A stretch of 54,834 bases of DNA from Candidatus Kaiserbacteria bacterium (GTDB taxonomy: Bacteria > Patescibacteriota > Minisyncoccia > Phycocordibacterales > UBA918). The notes under the pieces were generated by a model, which worked only from the letters and a program-made list of their open reading frames with translations, was not told the origin of the DNA and ran no database searches. Shown here piece after piece: positions 43,975-53,809 of this stretch. The DNA is taken from the NCBI GenBank assembly GCA_031418275.1, contig JANOXF010000065.1, positions 1-54,834 on the forward strand, in the 5' to 3' direction. Position 1 is the first letter of the stretch. Every line of letters begins with the position of its first letter. The position numbers and the translations under genes were made by a program.

Positions 43975-44110
43975 TAAAACCTACTGTAAAGTCTCATCTA
44001 CTTTGTTGTTATCAACATTAAGACACTTACCGTACAGTAAGTACGCCTCGCGCCTTCATGTTTCGACGCCTCGTATCTGAGACCTTACACTACGTTTTCG
44101 TTACATATTA

Positions 44111-44150
44111 AAAACCGCACGGATGGACATACGTCCATCCGTGCGGTTTT
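44111..44150 (+). terminator. rho-independent terminator
   Basis: ccgcacggatggac-atac-gtccatccgtgcgg followed by TTTT. Confidence 0.85.
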
Positions 44151-44265
44151 GCGTCGTTTTTGGTAAACTCACACTATTATCGGTAGGGGCGCACATAGAC
44201 GGTTTCAAGTACTTCTTGAAATCTCACTTGTGCGCCACTCAATAAAATTAGAACTTCGGAAGATT

Positions 44266-46401
44266 ATGAAAACAAAATCTTATACCCTCGATATTGAAGG
44301 AAAGGTACTCACCGTCGATTTTACCGACCTCACCAATCAAGCGCACGGTTCGGTCATCGTGCGTATGGGGGAAACTGCGGTACTCGTGACTGCAGTCATG
44401 GGGTACGAGGACAAGCCGAGCATGGGGTACTTCCCCCTCTCGGTCGAGTACGAGGAGCGTTTTTATGCGAGTGGAAATATCCTCGGCAGTCGCTTTTCTC
44501 GACGCGAAGGAAAGCCGAGTGATAGTGCCGTGCTCGGCGCGCGCATCATAGACCGGACCATTCGACCCCTCTTCAATCATGCAATCCGTACGGACGTACA
44601 AGTTGTTGCAACGGTACTCGCGATTGGCGAGGAGGCGCCCGACGTACTTGGGGTCATTGGCGCATCACTCGCACTCGGCGTTTCTGATATTCCCTGGGGC
44701 GGACCCGTTGGTGCCGTGCGTATCGGGAAACGAGCTGACACAGGCGCTATCGTGGTGAACCCAACGTTTCGTGAACGTGAAGAAAAACTCCTATCCTACG
44801 AAGTGCTCGCGTGCGGGAGAGACGGCAACATTAACATGATTGAGACGGAAGGTTTTGAGATACGCGAAGCGGAAGTTGTTGACGCACTCGAGCGTGCCAC
44901 AGCTATTAACACTGCGCTTGAGAACTTCCAAAAACAAATAATTTCTGACATTGGAAAAGTGAAGCGTGCCGAAACCACTCCAGAAACGTCACCGGACGTG
45001 GTGAACCTCTTCAGTGAACACATGGCGGCAAAACTCTCTTCAACACTCTTCTCAAATCGTACAGGGAAACACCACCTCCATGAGCTCAAAAAGGAGTGGC
45101 TCATGCTCACGGAGACGTTGCCCGAGGAGAGTGACACGAGTAAGGTGGGCGACTACTTTGAACACATGATCGATAGTGAACTTCATCGTGGTGCGATTGA
45201 TGAGCACAGACGCCCTGATGGGCGCGGTATGGATGAGGTACGACCACTCTTTGCACAGGCAGGGAATTTTTCTCCCGTACTCCACGGCTCAGGTATTTTC
45301 TACCGCGGTGAGACACATATATTTACAGCACTCACCCTGGGAGGGCCTGATGATTCCCAAATCCTCGATACCATTGAAGAGAATGGGACGAAGAAACAGT
45401 TTATGCACCACTACAACTTTCCCCCATTTTCTGTGGGGGAAGCAGGGCGCGTCGGAGGATTCAATCGGCGTATGATTGGGCACGGTGCACTCGCTGAGAA
45501 GGCAATTGCTGCGGTCATCCCCTCAAAGGAAATATTCCCGTACACGATTCGCCTCGTTTCAGAAACACTCGCGTCAAACGGTTCAAGTTCGATGGGTTCA
45601 GTATGCGCGTCGACCCTTGCGCTCATGGATGGGGGAGTACCCATCACGGCGCCGGTTGCCGGCATTGCCTCAGGACTCATGATGCGAAGCCACACTGAGT
45701 ATGCACTCATCACCGACATCCAGGGACCTGAAGATGAGTACGGGGATATGGACTTCAAAGTTGCGGGGACGCGGAATGGCATTACCGCAATTCAAATGGA
45801 TGTCAAAGTTGATGGCGTTCCCGTAAAGATTCTCGGCGAGGCACTCGAAAAAGCACGTGTCGCACGACTTCAGATTCTCGACGTCATTGAAAAGGAGATT
45901 AGTACACCACGAAGAGACATATCACCACGAGCACCAAAGATTCTTGTTCTGAAAATTCTCCCTGACCAAATTGGTCTCGTCATCGGTGGAGGAGGAAAGA
46001 CCATCAACGGTATTAAGGACGAAACGGGCGTTGAAGAAATAACCATTGAAGATGACGGTACGGTGTACATCACGGGCAAGGACGGTTCAGCAGAAAAGGC
46101 GCAGTCGCGTATTGAGTCGCTCACCCATGTCTATGCACTTGGTGAAGAAATAGAAGTCGAAATAACCCGCATCGCTCTTTTTGGTGCATTTGCAAAAATG
46201 GGCCCCTATAGTGAGGGGCTCATTCACATTTCTGAAATTGTGCCGTGGCGACTCGAAAATCTCGATGGCATTCTCGCCGTTGGAGAACATGTCCGCGCTA
46301 TCGTGATAAAAGTGGAAGATGGAAAAATCGGTCTCTCCATTAAGAAAATTGACCCTGATTTTGCAACACGAAAAGGACTCAAGGCCCCCGAACAGAAATA
46401 A
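44266..46401 (+). CDS. pnp: polynucleotide phosphorylase
   Basis: Two RNase PH domains, a KH domain (LVIGGGGKTINGIKDETG) and an S1 domain. About 710 aa. Confidence 0.95.
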   Translation: MKTKSYTLDIEGKVLTVDFTDLTNQAHGSVIVRMGETAVLVTAVMGYEDKPSMGYFPLSVEYEERFYASGNILGSRFSRREGKPSDSAVLGARIIDRTIRPLFNHAIRTDVQVVATVLAIGEEAPDVLGVIGASLALGVSDIPWGGPVGAVRIGKRADTGAIVVNPTFREREEKLLSYEVLACGRDGNINMIETEGFEIREAEVVDALERATAINTALENFQKQIISDIGKVKRAETTPETSPDVVNLFSEHMAAKLSSTLFSNRTGKHHLHELKKEWLMLTETLPEESDTSKVGDYFEHMIDSELHRGAIDEHRRPDGRGMDEVRPLFAQAGNFSPVLHGSGIFYRGETHIFTALTLGGPDDSQILDTIEENGTKKQFMHHYNFPPFSVGEAGRVGGFNRRMIGHGALAEKAIAAVIPSKEIFPYTIRLVSETLASNGSSSMGSVCASTLALMDGGVPITAPVAGIASGLMMRSHTEYALITDIQGPEDEYGDMDFKVAGTRNGITAIQMDVKVDGVPVKILGEALEKARVARLQILDVIEKEISTPRRDISPRAPKILVLKILPDQIGLVIGGGGKTINGIKDETGVEEITIEDDGTVYITGKDGSAEKAQSRIESLTHVYALGEEIEVEITRIALFGAFAKMGPYSEGLIHISEIVPWRLENLDGILAVGEHVRAIVIKVEDGKIGLSIKKIDPDFATRKGLKAPEQK

Positions 46402-46413
46402 AGTTCAGGGTAC

Positions 46414-46449
46414 AAAACCCACGACCGCACATGTGCGGTCGTGGGTTTT
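46414..46449 (+). terminator. rho-independent terminator of pnp
   Basis: aaaacccacgaccgcac-at-gtgcggtcgtgggtttt. Confidence 0.9.
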
Positions 46450-46475
46450 GCGTCGGGTGCGCTACAATATATGCT

Positions 46476-48338
46476 ATGGATACAGATGTGGTACACGAGC
46501 CGAAACTTCCCGGAGTTCGGACCTACAAAGAAGCCATCATCGAAAATGAATCACTCAAAAAAGTGAGCGGTGTTTCTTTTACCGTTCCTCAAAAACCTCT
46601 TGAGGGGATGCTCGCACAAGGAAAAGGTATGCAGCGTACCGAACGACCTGATGGGAAACAGCTCTTTGATGTTGAGCGAGCATTCAACAACGAAGAGGTG
46701 CAGGAAGGGACAATAGTGACGGACAAACGGCGGAGTAAATCTTCTGTCGGCGGACTTCTCAAGTCTGCATTCACCGAGTGGTGGGGGCAGACCCAAGAGT
46801 CTGTAGAAAAGGTAGTGGATAAAATGGAGTTCCTGAAGCCAGAAGAGATCCCGACGGTCGCCGCACCCGAGGAACGGACGCATACCATTCTTGAAGCCGC
46901 ACAACATGCGCGGCAAGCACCACGTGATGATCACAAAGTTGTTATAGAAAAAATACGCACGTTCGCTCATGATGCAGAGGTGGTGATCGGAAAACCGTTT
47001 ACAGTTAAAGCGGAAAAAAGCACTGACACGCAAACGTGGATACAGGAAGCTGAAGCAAAAAAGGCTGCGCGTGCCGAGACTCGAGTGATACCACCTGAAG
47101 GACCTACCGCCACACACACACTTGACCTCCGTTCATCAAACGTTACTCCCGATACCATCAAACGCACGGCGGTATCACTCTCAAGCTATGCAGACGATGT
47201 CGAACCAAAGAAGACCACCTTCTCTAAGGAAGCGCTCACGGTGCGTATACCTGAGAAGACAAAACCACCGACACCGGTAAAAAAAGACACTTCGTGGTCA
47301 CTCTTCGAGGGTGCGGGGAAAACAAGAACAAACACGCAGACACGGAAGGAACCAAATGCATTCCGACCGACACCGGTACCCAAAGTAACTCTGAGTGAAG
47401 CAGCTCAGAAAGCGGGTTCTCTTTCGCGCGAAGAAATTCGTGAACGACTTACCACAAAGACAGCCCCCGCATTACCCCAATACGAAGCACCAAGAGAGAC
47501 TCCTTCAATTCCACTCCCAGAAGTATCCGTAGCTCCCGTTCAATTTGAATACGAACCAAGTAATGCGAAGACTACTGGGCAGCCAAAATTTGAGTCGGCG
47601 CGGCTCCGTGGCACAACGGGTTCCCGCGTACCACTCAGTGAAAATCGTGCTTTGAAATCTGCACTCATCACAGGAGTAATTATCTTTGGTAGTGCACTCG
47701 GAATATTTGCTGCAGTCTCTTTTAAATCACCTTTCCCAAGTAGTGAATCCAAAATATCAGAGAGCATTCCCTCTTTCATCAGGACCGATACACAAACAGC
47801 GATACCGCTCGGGATTGAGAGACTCGCTTTCTTTAGCACCCTTTCTCAAATTAATGCACAAAAGGGAAAGGGTATTACACAGTACTATCCGGTTGTGGGA
47901 GACGGAAATAGCATTGCAACAACTGATACGATCATGGAGGTCCTCTCCCTTCGGGCTCCCGGCTCCTTCATTCGTGCACTCAGCCCAGGTATGGTGTGGG
48001 GTTTCTCAAAAAATGGAGACACTGATAATCCATTTATTATGCTCCAGTCACAAAATTACGATGTGATGTTTGCGGGTATGCTCGAGTGGGAACCCTTCAT
48101 GAGCGAAGATCTTGCACCACTTTTTGGTTCTCCTATCGGAACAACGAAATCACGAACTGCGGAGGGAAAAATTACTGTCGCTCATTTTTCTGATGCGCTC
48201 GAGTCGAATCGCTCAATCCGAATCCTCTATGATGAAACAGGAAAAGAGCGTATGGTCTACGCATTTGTGAGTAAAAGTCTTCTCATCATCACCACAGATA
48301 CCGAAACACTCGCACGACTCATTGAGCGAGTTCAATAA
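46476..48338 (+). CDS. hypothetical single-pass membrane protein
   Basis: The track start lies inside the pnp terminator. ATG 46476 is 7 nt after TACAAT (46463-46468). One TM helix (ALITGVIIFGSALGIFAAV). Confidence 0.65.
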   Translation: MDTDVVHEPKLPGVRTYKEAIIENESLKKVSGVSFTVPQKPLEGMLAQGKGMQRTERPDGKQLFDVERAFNNEEVQEGTIVTDKRRSKSSVGGLLKSAFTEWWGQTQESVEKVVDKMEFLKPEEIPTVAAPEERTHTILEAAQHARQAPRDDHKVVIEKIRTFAHDAEVVIGKPFTVKAEKSTDTQTWIQEAEAKKAARAETRVIPPEGPTATHTLDLRSSNVTPDTIKRTAVSLSSYADDVEPKKTTFSKEALTVRIPEKTKPPTPVKKDTSWSLFEGAGKTRTNTQTRKEPNAFRPTPVPKVTLSEAAQKAGSLSREEIRERLTTKTAPALPQYEAPRETPSIPLPEVSVAPVQFEYEPSNAKTTGQPKFESARLRGTTGSRVPLSENRALKSALITGVIIFGSALGIFAAVSFKSPFPSSESKISESIPSFIRTDTQTAIPLGIERLAFFSTLSQINAQKGKGITQYYPVVGDGNSIATTDTIMEVLSLRAPGSFIRALSPGMVWGFSKNGDTDNPFIMLQSQNYDVMFAGMLEWEPFMSEDLAPLFGSPIGTTKSRTAEGKITVAHFSDALESNRSIRILYDETGKERMVYAFVSKSLLIITTDTETLARLIERVQ

Positions 48339-48366
48339 AAAATGTGCTGTGATATACTGAACAAAT

Positions 48367-48741
48367 ATGGACACACCCCACTACAAACTACTCCTCGAGG
48401 GAATGCTTGGGGAACTCGTTCAGGAACTCAATGCCATCGGCATTCATAACCCAAAAAACCCACAAGACTGGATTGCGGTCCCTGAAAGTATGGATGTGCA
48501 AGAGGCAGATACTGACCTTATTGCTGACGTTGTCGAAGAATGGGACGAACGGCAAGGGCTTGTTGCAACACTTGAAAAACGGTACAACGATGTTACGCGC
48601 GCGCTTGGTAAAATTGAAACGGGCACGTTTGGAGTCTGTGAAATAAGTGGTGAATCTATTGAAGAGACGCGACTCGAGGCAAACCCTGCCGCGCGTACAA
48701 ATATCGCCCACATGAATGAGGAGGGGACACTCAGAGAATAA
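48367..48741 (+). CDS. DksA/TraR-family protein (degenerate zinc finger)
   Basis: ALGKIETGTFGVCEISGESIEETRLEANPAARTNI. Only one Cys of the usual four is present. Confidence 0.55.
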   Translation: MDTPHYKLLLEGMLGELVQELNAIGIHNPKNPQDWIAVPESMDVQEADTDLIADVVEEWDERQGLVATLEKRYNDVTRALGKIETGTFGVCEISGESIEETRLEANPAARTNIAHMNEEGTLRE

Positions 48742-48746
48742 TTACC

Positions 48747-49684
48747 ATGGCAGTCGCACGAATATTTGCAGCTCAACCTTCAGTCCTCGGCGCAGACATT
48801 GTCACTGTAGAAACAGACCTCTCACGAGGTCTGTATGCGTTTACGGTCGTTGGACTCCCTGGAAAAGCGGTCGAGGAAGCTCGCGATAGGCTCAGTAGTG
48901 CAATTAAAAACTCAGGATTTGAATCTCCGAAAAGCCGAAATCACAAAGCGGTTATTTCACTTGCACCTGCCGACCTCAAAAAGGAAGGCCCCTTATTTGA
49001 CCTCCCTATGGCCATCGCCTACCTCATTGCTGCTGAAGTAGTGCATGCTGATGTCGAAAAATGTTTGTTCGTCGGGGAGCTCGCGCTCGATGGAAGTGTA
49101 CGTATGGTACGTGGGGTACTCCCTATAGTTCGCGAGGCGGTACGGAAAGGATTTACCGAGGTCATTGTGCCCCATGAGAACAGTGAGGAATCAGCACTCA
49201 TTCCCGGCATACGTGTTACTCCCGTACGCACACTGAACGAAGTGGTGCAACACATTGATTCGTCGCGCGACGATCACGCGGTGATTGCTCCAGGCCACTC
49301 ACCACCATTCCTGACGCATGGGAGGAATCGACTATTCGACTCGAGGATATCCGTGGGCAAGAATCTGCAAAACGAGGACTCATGATAGCTGCAGCGGGCC
49401 GGCACAACGTGCTCCTCGTAGGACCACCCGGAACCGGAAAGACAATGCTCGCACGTGCCCTCTCGGGAATTCTTCCGCCCCTCACCACCGATGAGGCACT
49501 CGAAGTTACATCCATTCATTCTGTAGCAGGAACAAACACGGGAATTTCAACACGTCCACCATTTCGCACACCACATCACACTGCGTCGTACACCTCACTC
49601 GTCGGCGGCGGTACCTACCCAAAACCAGGAGAAGTGACGCTCGCGCACCGCGGCGTACTTTTCCTTAAAGCTGTCTCACAATAA
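48747..49684 (+). pseudogene. comM: comM/yifB (Mg-chelatase-like AAA+ competence protein), frameshifted and 3'-truncated
   Basis: N-terminal Lon-like domain in frame 0 (to 49385). [44 protein letters not shown] is in another frame. Homology stops after GVLFL at about 49666, where Walker B D-E is expected. Confidence 0.85.
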
Positions 49685-49835
49685 ACCTCCTTAGAGTTGT
49701 GAGACACATATTGCAATAACTGTTACACAGTAAAACTCATAATTGTGGAACACTTATTGTAATAGTAGTCACACAGCAAAGTCTATTTCTGTAGAACATT
49801 TCTTTGAATAGTTGTCATTCAATAAATTGACTGGG
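49672..49835. repeat. terminal repeat array: 10-bp inverted repeat plus three degenerate 46-bp tandem units (six ~23-bp TGT-initiated subrepeats)
   Basis: tgtctcacaa (49672-81) pairs with ttgtgagaca (49697-706). Units start at 49698, 49744 and 49790 (tgtgagacacatattgcaataac / tgtggaacacttattgtaatag / tgtagaacatttctttgaatag). Confidence 0.75.
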
Positions 49836-49861
49836 GGAGTACTGGTATCATATTGAGGTAT

Positions 49862-50179
49862 ATGAAAAAGGGGGAGATATATTTTGGTATTAACAACCTA
49901 GAGGGAGGACACCCTATAGTATTTCTGGCTGACAGGGATGAGTATAGTTTTGACGGTCTAATGCTTACACATTCATCTGGTTACGGTAACATAAAGTTAG
50001 AATCAGAACATTTCAGTTATGTTGAACCAGATTTCAAAATAAATAATACGCACCTAGTAGCAAGACGACTAATCAAAATGACAGAATGGGAACCGTTTGT
50101 GAAAAAGGGTGAGCTTTCTATGAGTGGCTTAGAACTTGTCATGAAATTAATTGATGGCCAAGAAGCAACTTACTGGTAG
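49862..50179 (+). CDS. hypothetical protein, possibly PemK/MazF-like SH3 fold
   Basis: GAGG RBS. MKKGEIYFGINNLEGGHPIVFLADRD...MLTHS resembles the toxin-family N-terminus only weakly. Confidence 0.45.
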   Translation: MKKGEIYFGINNLEGGHPIVFLADRDEYSFDGLMLTHSSGYGNIKLESEHFSYVEPDFKINNTHLVARRLIKMTEWEPFVKKGELSMSGLELVMKLIDGQEATYW

Positions 50180-50218
50180 GAATATTTACTGTAGGACACT
50201 CTTTATAAGAGATGTCTC

Positions 50219-51478
50219 TCATTTATTTTCATGTTGCACTAATGCTTTTCCCAACCCGTCAATTACTCCCACTACTAAAGCATTTCCCATAAAGAATGCC
50301 CTCTTTGTATCTGCATGTCCCGCAGTATGATTATCTGGAAACATACATAGACGTTCAAGCTCAATAGGTGTCAGACGGCGGTATCCTTTCTTTGTTTTTA
50401 TCACATGTTTAAATCTAGAGGGAGATGAACCTCCTTCAGCTGTAATAATAGTTCTAGACGGTTTGTCTAAAGGTTCGGGGAAAGCCACCGCCCCTTCTTT
50501 ATATATGAACTCGAAACCACTTGCTGCCTTGCGAGGTTCATCTTTTGCTCCTTTCAAGTATTCCCAATCTTTGAGAGAATCTTTTGAAATGAAAAACTCT
50601 TCAGGAACTTCTTTGTCATCAACTAGCTTACTTCTCAGGGTTTCAAAAGGACCATCATAGTTTGGCTCAACTCGTGCCGTGTAGACTTTATTATTAAATG
50701 CTACACCAGCATTTTCAAATGGAGATACTTTGGGTTTATCTAAATTGAAGTTCTTAGAAACGACAGCAGGGTCAATATCAATATCAAATGTCTTAATTCC
50801 TGTAACTAAGTTTGCTGGAAAAGATGATTGCACAACTCCTTCCTTTTTCAACCACTGAGTTGGGTCATTTACCTGACTGAACCTCTTTTGGATATTAGAA
50901 CCTTTCTTATATCCTAAGATAAATATTCTCCGTCTTCGTTGAGGCATTCCATAGTCGGCAGCATTAATAACACGCCATTCAACTGTATATCCTAGTTCGT
51001 TTAATGAAGAGAGAATGATTGCAAAATCTCTACCTCTTCGTGAAGCAGGTGAACTAAGTAATCTGTCTACATTTTCCAGCATTAGGTATTTAGGAGAATT
51101 CTTTCCCTTGTGTTTGAGAATATTATAGATAGACCACCATAAAACACCTTTTTTTCCTTCTAAACCAGCCGAAGCAGAAAGGTTTCTTGCAACAGAATAA
51201 TCCTGACAAGGGAATCCTCCTACCAACAAGTCGTGGTCTGGAACCTTCTCCACTACTTGAGCAATGTCTTTATTCGTATTTTCATCAATGAATCCAAACC
51301 GCTCAACGTAGGTCTCATGTGCGTGCTGTCTTTTTGTAGCTGGCTCCCATTGATTGAACCAGACGGTTTCAAAATGTTTATGGTGCTGTTTTTTGTTTCC
51401 CTTATAGCCTTCTAGGCCAAGTCTAAAACCACCGACTCCGGCAAATAACTCAACAACTTTTATCTTTTTTTCTTTCAT
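50219..51478 (-). CDS. DNA (cytosine-5)-methyltransferase
   Basis: Motif I ELFAGVGGF, motif IV GGFPCQDYS, motif VI LMLENV, motif VIII QRRRRIFILG, motif X GNALVVG. Confidence 0.95.
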   Translation of the reverse strand: MKEKKIKVVELFAGVGGFRLGLEGYKGNKKQHHKHFETVWFNQWEPATKRQHAHETYVERFGFIDENTNKDIAQVVEKVPDHDLLVGGFPCQDYSVARNLSASAGLEGKKGVLWWSIYNILKHKGKNSPKYLMLENVDRLLSSPASRRGRDFAIILSSLNELGYTVEWRVINAADYGMPQRRRRIFILGYKKGSNIQKRFSQVNDPTQWLKKEGVVQSSFPANLVTGIKTFDIDIDPAVVSKNFNLDKPKVSPFENAGVAFNNKVYTARVEPNYDGPFETLRSKLVDDKEVPEEFFISKDSLKDWEYLKGAKDEPRKAASGFEFIYKEGAVAFPEPLDKPSRTIITAEGGSSPSRFKHVIKTKKGYRRLTPIELERLCMFPDNHTAGHADTKRAFFMGNALVVGVIDGLGKALVQHENK

Positions 51479-51600
51479 AGTCAGGCTTTAAATATGGTGC
51501 TAGTATCATATCACTGGACTAAAAAGGGATCAAGGAATTCAGACATTCAACAACATTTTTTGAAAAGATCAAATCGACATGATTTTTAAACATAATTTAT

Positions 51601-52359
51601 ATGGGAACAATTAACATCGCGGACATCAAAACGGTTGAGGAACTAGAGACGGTAGCCAAACTCCATCTCGAGGGTAAGAAACTAAAGGAAGTAATGGCTG
51701 AAGTGTCCAATGACGATGAAACGAAACGTGTTTTGTCAAAGGCAAGTGTTGGTTATGTCGTTGAGGAAGGTCTTTTTGGCATAAAGAGAAACAATACCGC
51801 AGGAGCTGATATTGCCCACCTTGATGTTGAGATTAAGACAAGTCCTCTAAAAATGGGTAAAGACGGTAAACTCCGCGTCAAAGAACCTCTCTCTTTAAAT
51901 ATCATTAATTATAACGAGGAGTATAAGCACGGCAATATTAAAGATTCTTCTTTATATAAAAAGAATAAGAACATTCTGCTTGTTTGGTATGTTCATGACA
52001 AAGATTTGCCACGTTCCGAATATCTTATCAAGTATGTCTTCATCTGGAAGATGACTGACGGTGTTTTGACAGAGCTTAATCCTGACTATCAGCTCATACT
52101 GAATAAAATAAAAGCTGGTCAAGCACACCAGATACACCAATCAGACCATAATAATCTAACCTTATGTCCTAAACATGGGGGCACCTTTAAAGACCCTAAT
52201 GACAGAAAATCAAAAACGACACAACCATTTAGTGACAGTCCGGCTGAAATCAGAGCTTTTCGACTAAAGAACTCCTACATGACAAAAGTGATTCAGCGAC
52301 ACCTTGCCGAGAAACAGCCTGATTCTGTGGGTGATTTCATTGCAGAAAAGAAGTCTTAA
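51601..52359 (+). CDS. MutH/Sau3AI-family type II restriction endonuclease
   Basis: ADIAHLDVEIKTSPL...KEPLSL fits the MutH-type D..E-x-K core. It is divergent from the methyltransferase gene. Confidence 0.65.
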   Translation: MGTINIADIKTVEELETVAKLHLEGKKLKEVMAEVSNDDETKRVLSKASVGYVVEEGLFGIKRNNTAGADIAHLDVEIKTSPLKMGKDGKLRVKEPLSLNIINYNEEYKHGNIKDSSLYKKNKNILLVWYVHDKDLPRSEYLIKYVFIWKMTDGVLTELNPDYQLILNKIKAGQAHQIHQSDHNNLTLCPKHGGTFKDPNDRKSKTTQPFSDSPAEIRAFRLKNSYMTKVIQRHLAEKQPDSVGDFIAEKKS

Positions 52360-52365
52360 AAAAGA

Positions 52366-52587
52366 CTATTTTATAAAATAAGCAATGTCTTTTGCATATA
52401 TCTTTGCAAAAGTCTGTAGTTCAACCACGTCCACTCTTTGCTGTCCTGACTCGATATTAGAGATATGTGACTGTGGGCGTTTCAACTTCTTAGCGACTTC
52501 AACTTGAGTTAATCCAGCTTCCTCTCGAGCATTTCGCAAGCGTTCCACAAAATAAGCATACTCCTTAGTTTGTGTAGACCTAGTCAT
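52366..52587 (-). CDS. XRE-family HTH regulator (candidate RM controller protein)
   Basis: LRNAREEAGLTQVEVAKKLKRPQSHISNIESGQQ. Confidence 0.8.
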   Translation of the reverse strand: MTRSTQTKEYAYFVERLRNAREEAGLTQVEVAKKLKRPQSHISNIESGQQRVDVVELQTFAKIYAKDIAYFIK

Positions 52588-52614
52588 ATACCACTATCGT
52601 CTATCTAAATATTC

Positions 52615-52635
52615 AATATCCAAAGTTTGGATATT
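52615..52635. promoter_or_regulatory. perfect 10+1+10 palindrome; candidate operator of the XRE regulator
   Basis: aatatccaaa-g-tttggatatt, 28 nt upstream of the XRE start. Confidence 0.55.
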
Positions 52636-52683
52636 TTGATACTATGGCAACGAAGTTAATTTATTCGTTTTGCCAAAAAAAAT

Positions 52684-53187
52684 ATGGAACGGAATCAGGG
52701 TGAAAGAGAGAATGTATTGAAAGAGTTATGGGGTGGTTTAAAGAAATTGTTTATTGGTATCTTTGTTATTCTCTTTTCGGTCGTTATTATTGTCGTAATA
52801 GGTTCATTTACTTTAAGAGATAACAAACCTACACCGGTAGATACGGTTGCGTACGAACCAGTAGATATAGTCGTCACAAGTCAGATTGTTAAGCCTGTTG
52901 ATGGTAAGTACAGATACTTTTTTGATATTAGGAATCAGGATACGAAGTCATTTACAGGGAACGTAAACATCAATCTCGTAAATTCGTTGGGTCAATCAAT
53001 TTACGATAAGGACTTTACTGCTGTCGAACCAATCTCATCTGGTGTTGGAAAAAGTGTCTATTTTGACACAAGTACTGGGCCAACTTCCGTTCATGGTGAA
53101 AACGGTATTGAGACATTTACGTACACTGTTACAAACAATGGTCAGACGGTGAAAAGTGACTCAGGCACGATATCTACTCAAAAGTAA
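52684..53187 (+). CDS. hypothetical membrane-anchored beta-rich protein
   Basis: TM helix LFIGIFVILFSVVIIVVIGSF. A terminator follows at 53287-53316. Confidence 0.6.
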   Translation: MERNQGERENVLKELWGGLKKLFIGIFVILFSVVIIVVIGSFTLRDNKPTPVDTVAYEPVDIVVTSQIVKPVDGKYRYFFDIRNQDTKSFTGNVNINLVNSLGQSIYDKDFTAVEPISSGVGKSVYFDTSTGPTSVHGENGIETFTYTVTNNGQTVKSDSGTISTQK

Positions 53188-53286
53188 ACAAACGTTCTAA
53201 AGAATGGGTGCACGGGGTTTGCACAGGCCTTGAAATGACAACGTGCTACCAAATTTCGACTTAGAGGTAGTATTTATTAAGTTTAC

Positions 53287-53316
53287 AAAACAAGCAGGAC
53301 ACACTGCTTGTTTTTT
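53287..53316 (+). terminator. rho-independent terminator
   Basis: aaaacaagcag-gacaca-ctgcttgtttttt. Confidence 0.85.
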
Positions 53317-53566
53317 AGTTGACATTAAAAAAATATGTCGCCAAGTTTAAAGCTGTCCACAGGCAAAAACGGCTCTGTACATACATGAAGCAAAAATACA
53401 TAGACATATATAGCGGTAGTTTCCTCTCAACACAAATGCTACTTTCTCGTTATGAATATGCAATCAAGCAACCTCCAAATATCAGATGCAGAGCTGGCGG
53501 TAGCTTGGGAGCTATTCTTTAACAGAATACTTTCTGACGAGAAAGAAACAGTAACAATACACGTTC

Positions 53567-53806
53567 ATGAGAAAAGACGAATTTAAAGAGCGAGGAATTG
53601 AGTTAGCGGCATATAGCGACTGGCTTGGGCCGAAAATGAGATGGCTGGAACAGGCCAATCCTAGTTATCATCGAATGGTTGAATCAAGCGAGGCAAGACT
53701 TCCGAGAAATTGGACGTTAGAGAGATACAGAGAGCTTGTAAAGATAACTGAGAGAACAATAAAGAATCACACTTCCACAAAGGAAGCCAATGATATCCCT
53801 TTCTAA
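53567..53806 (+). CDS. hypothetical protein (phage-like small gene)
   Basis: 79-aa ORF ending 3 nt before the RepO-like gene. Confidence 0.5.
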   Translation: MRKDEFKERGIELAAYSDWLGPKMRWLEQANPSYHRMVESSEARLPRNWTLERYRELVKITERTIKNHTSTKEANDIPF

Positions 53807-53809
53807 TAT

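Noticed and set aside
49698-49835. Possible CRISPR array
   Set aside because: The units are degenerate (about 60-65% identity), contiguous without unique spacers, and only three in number. They sit exactly at an insertion boundary.
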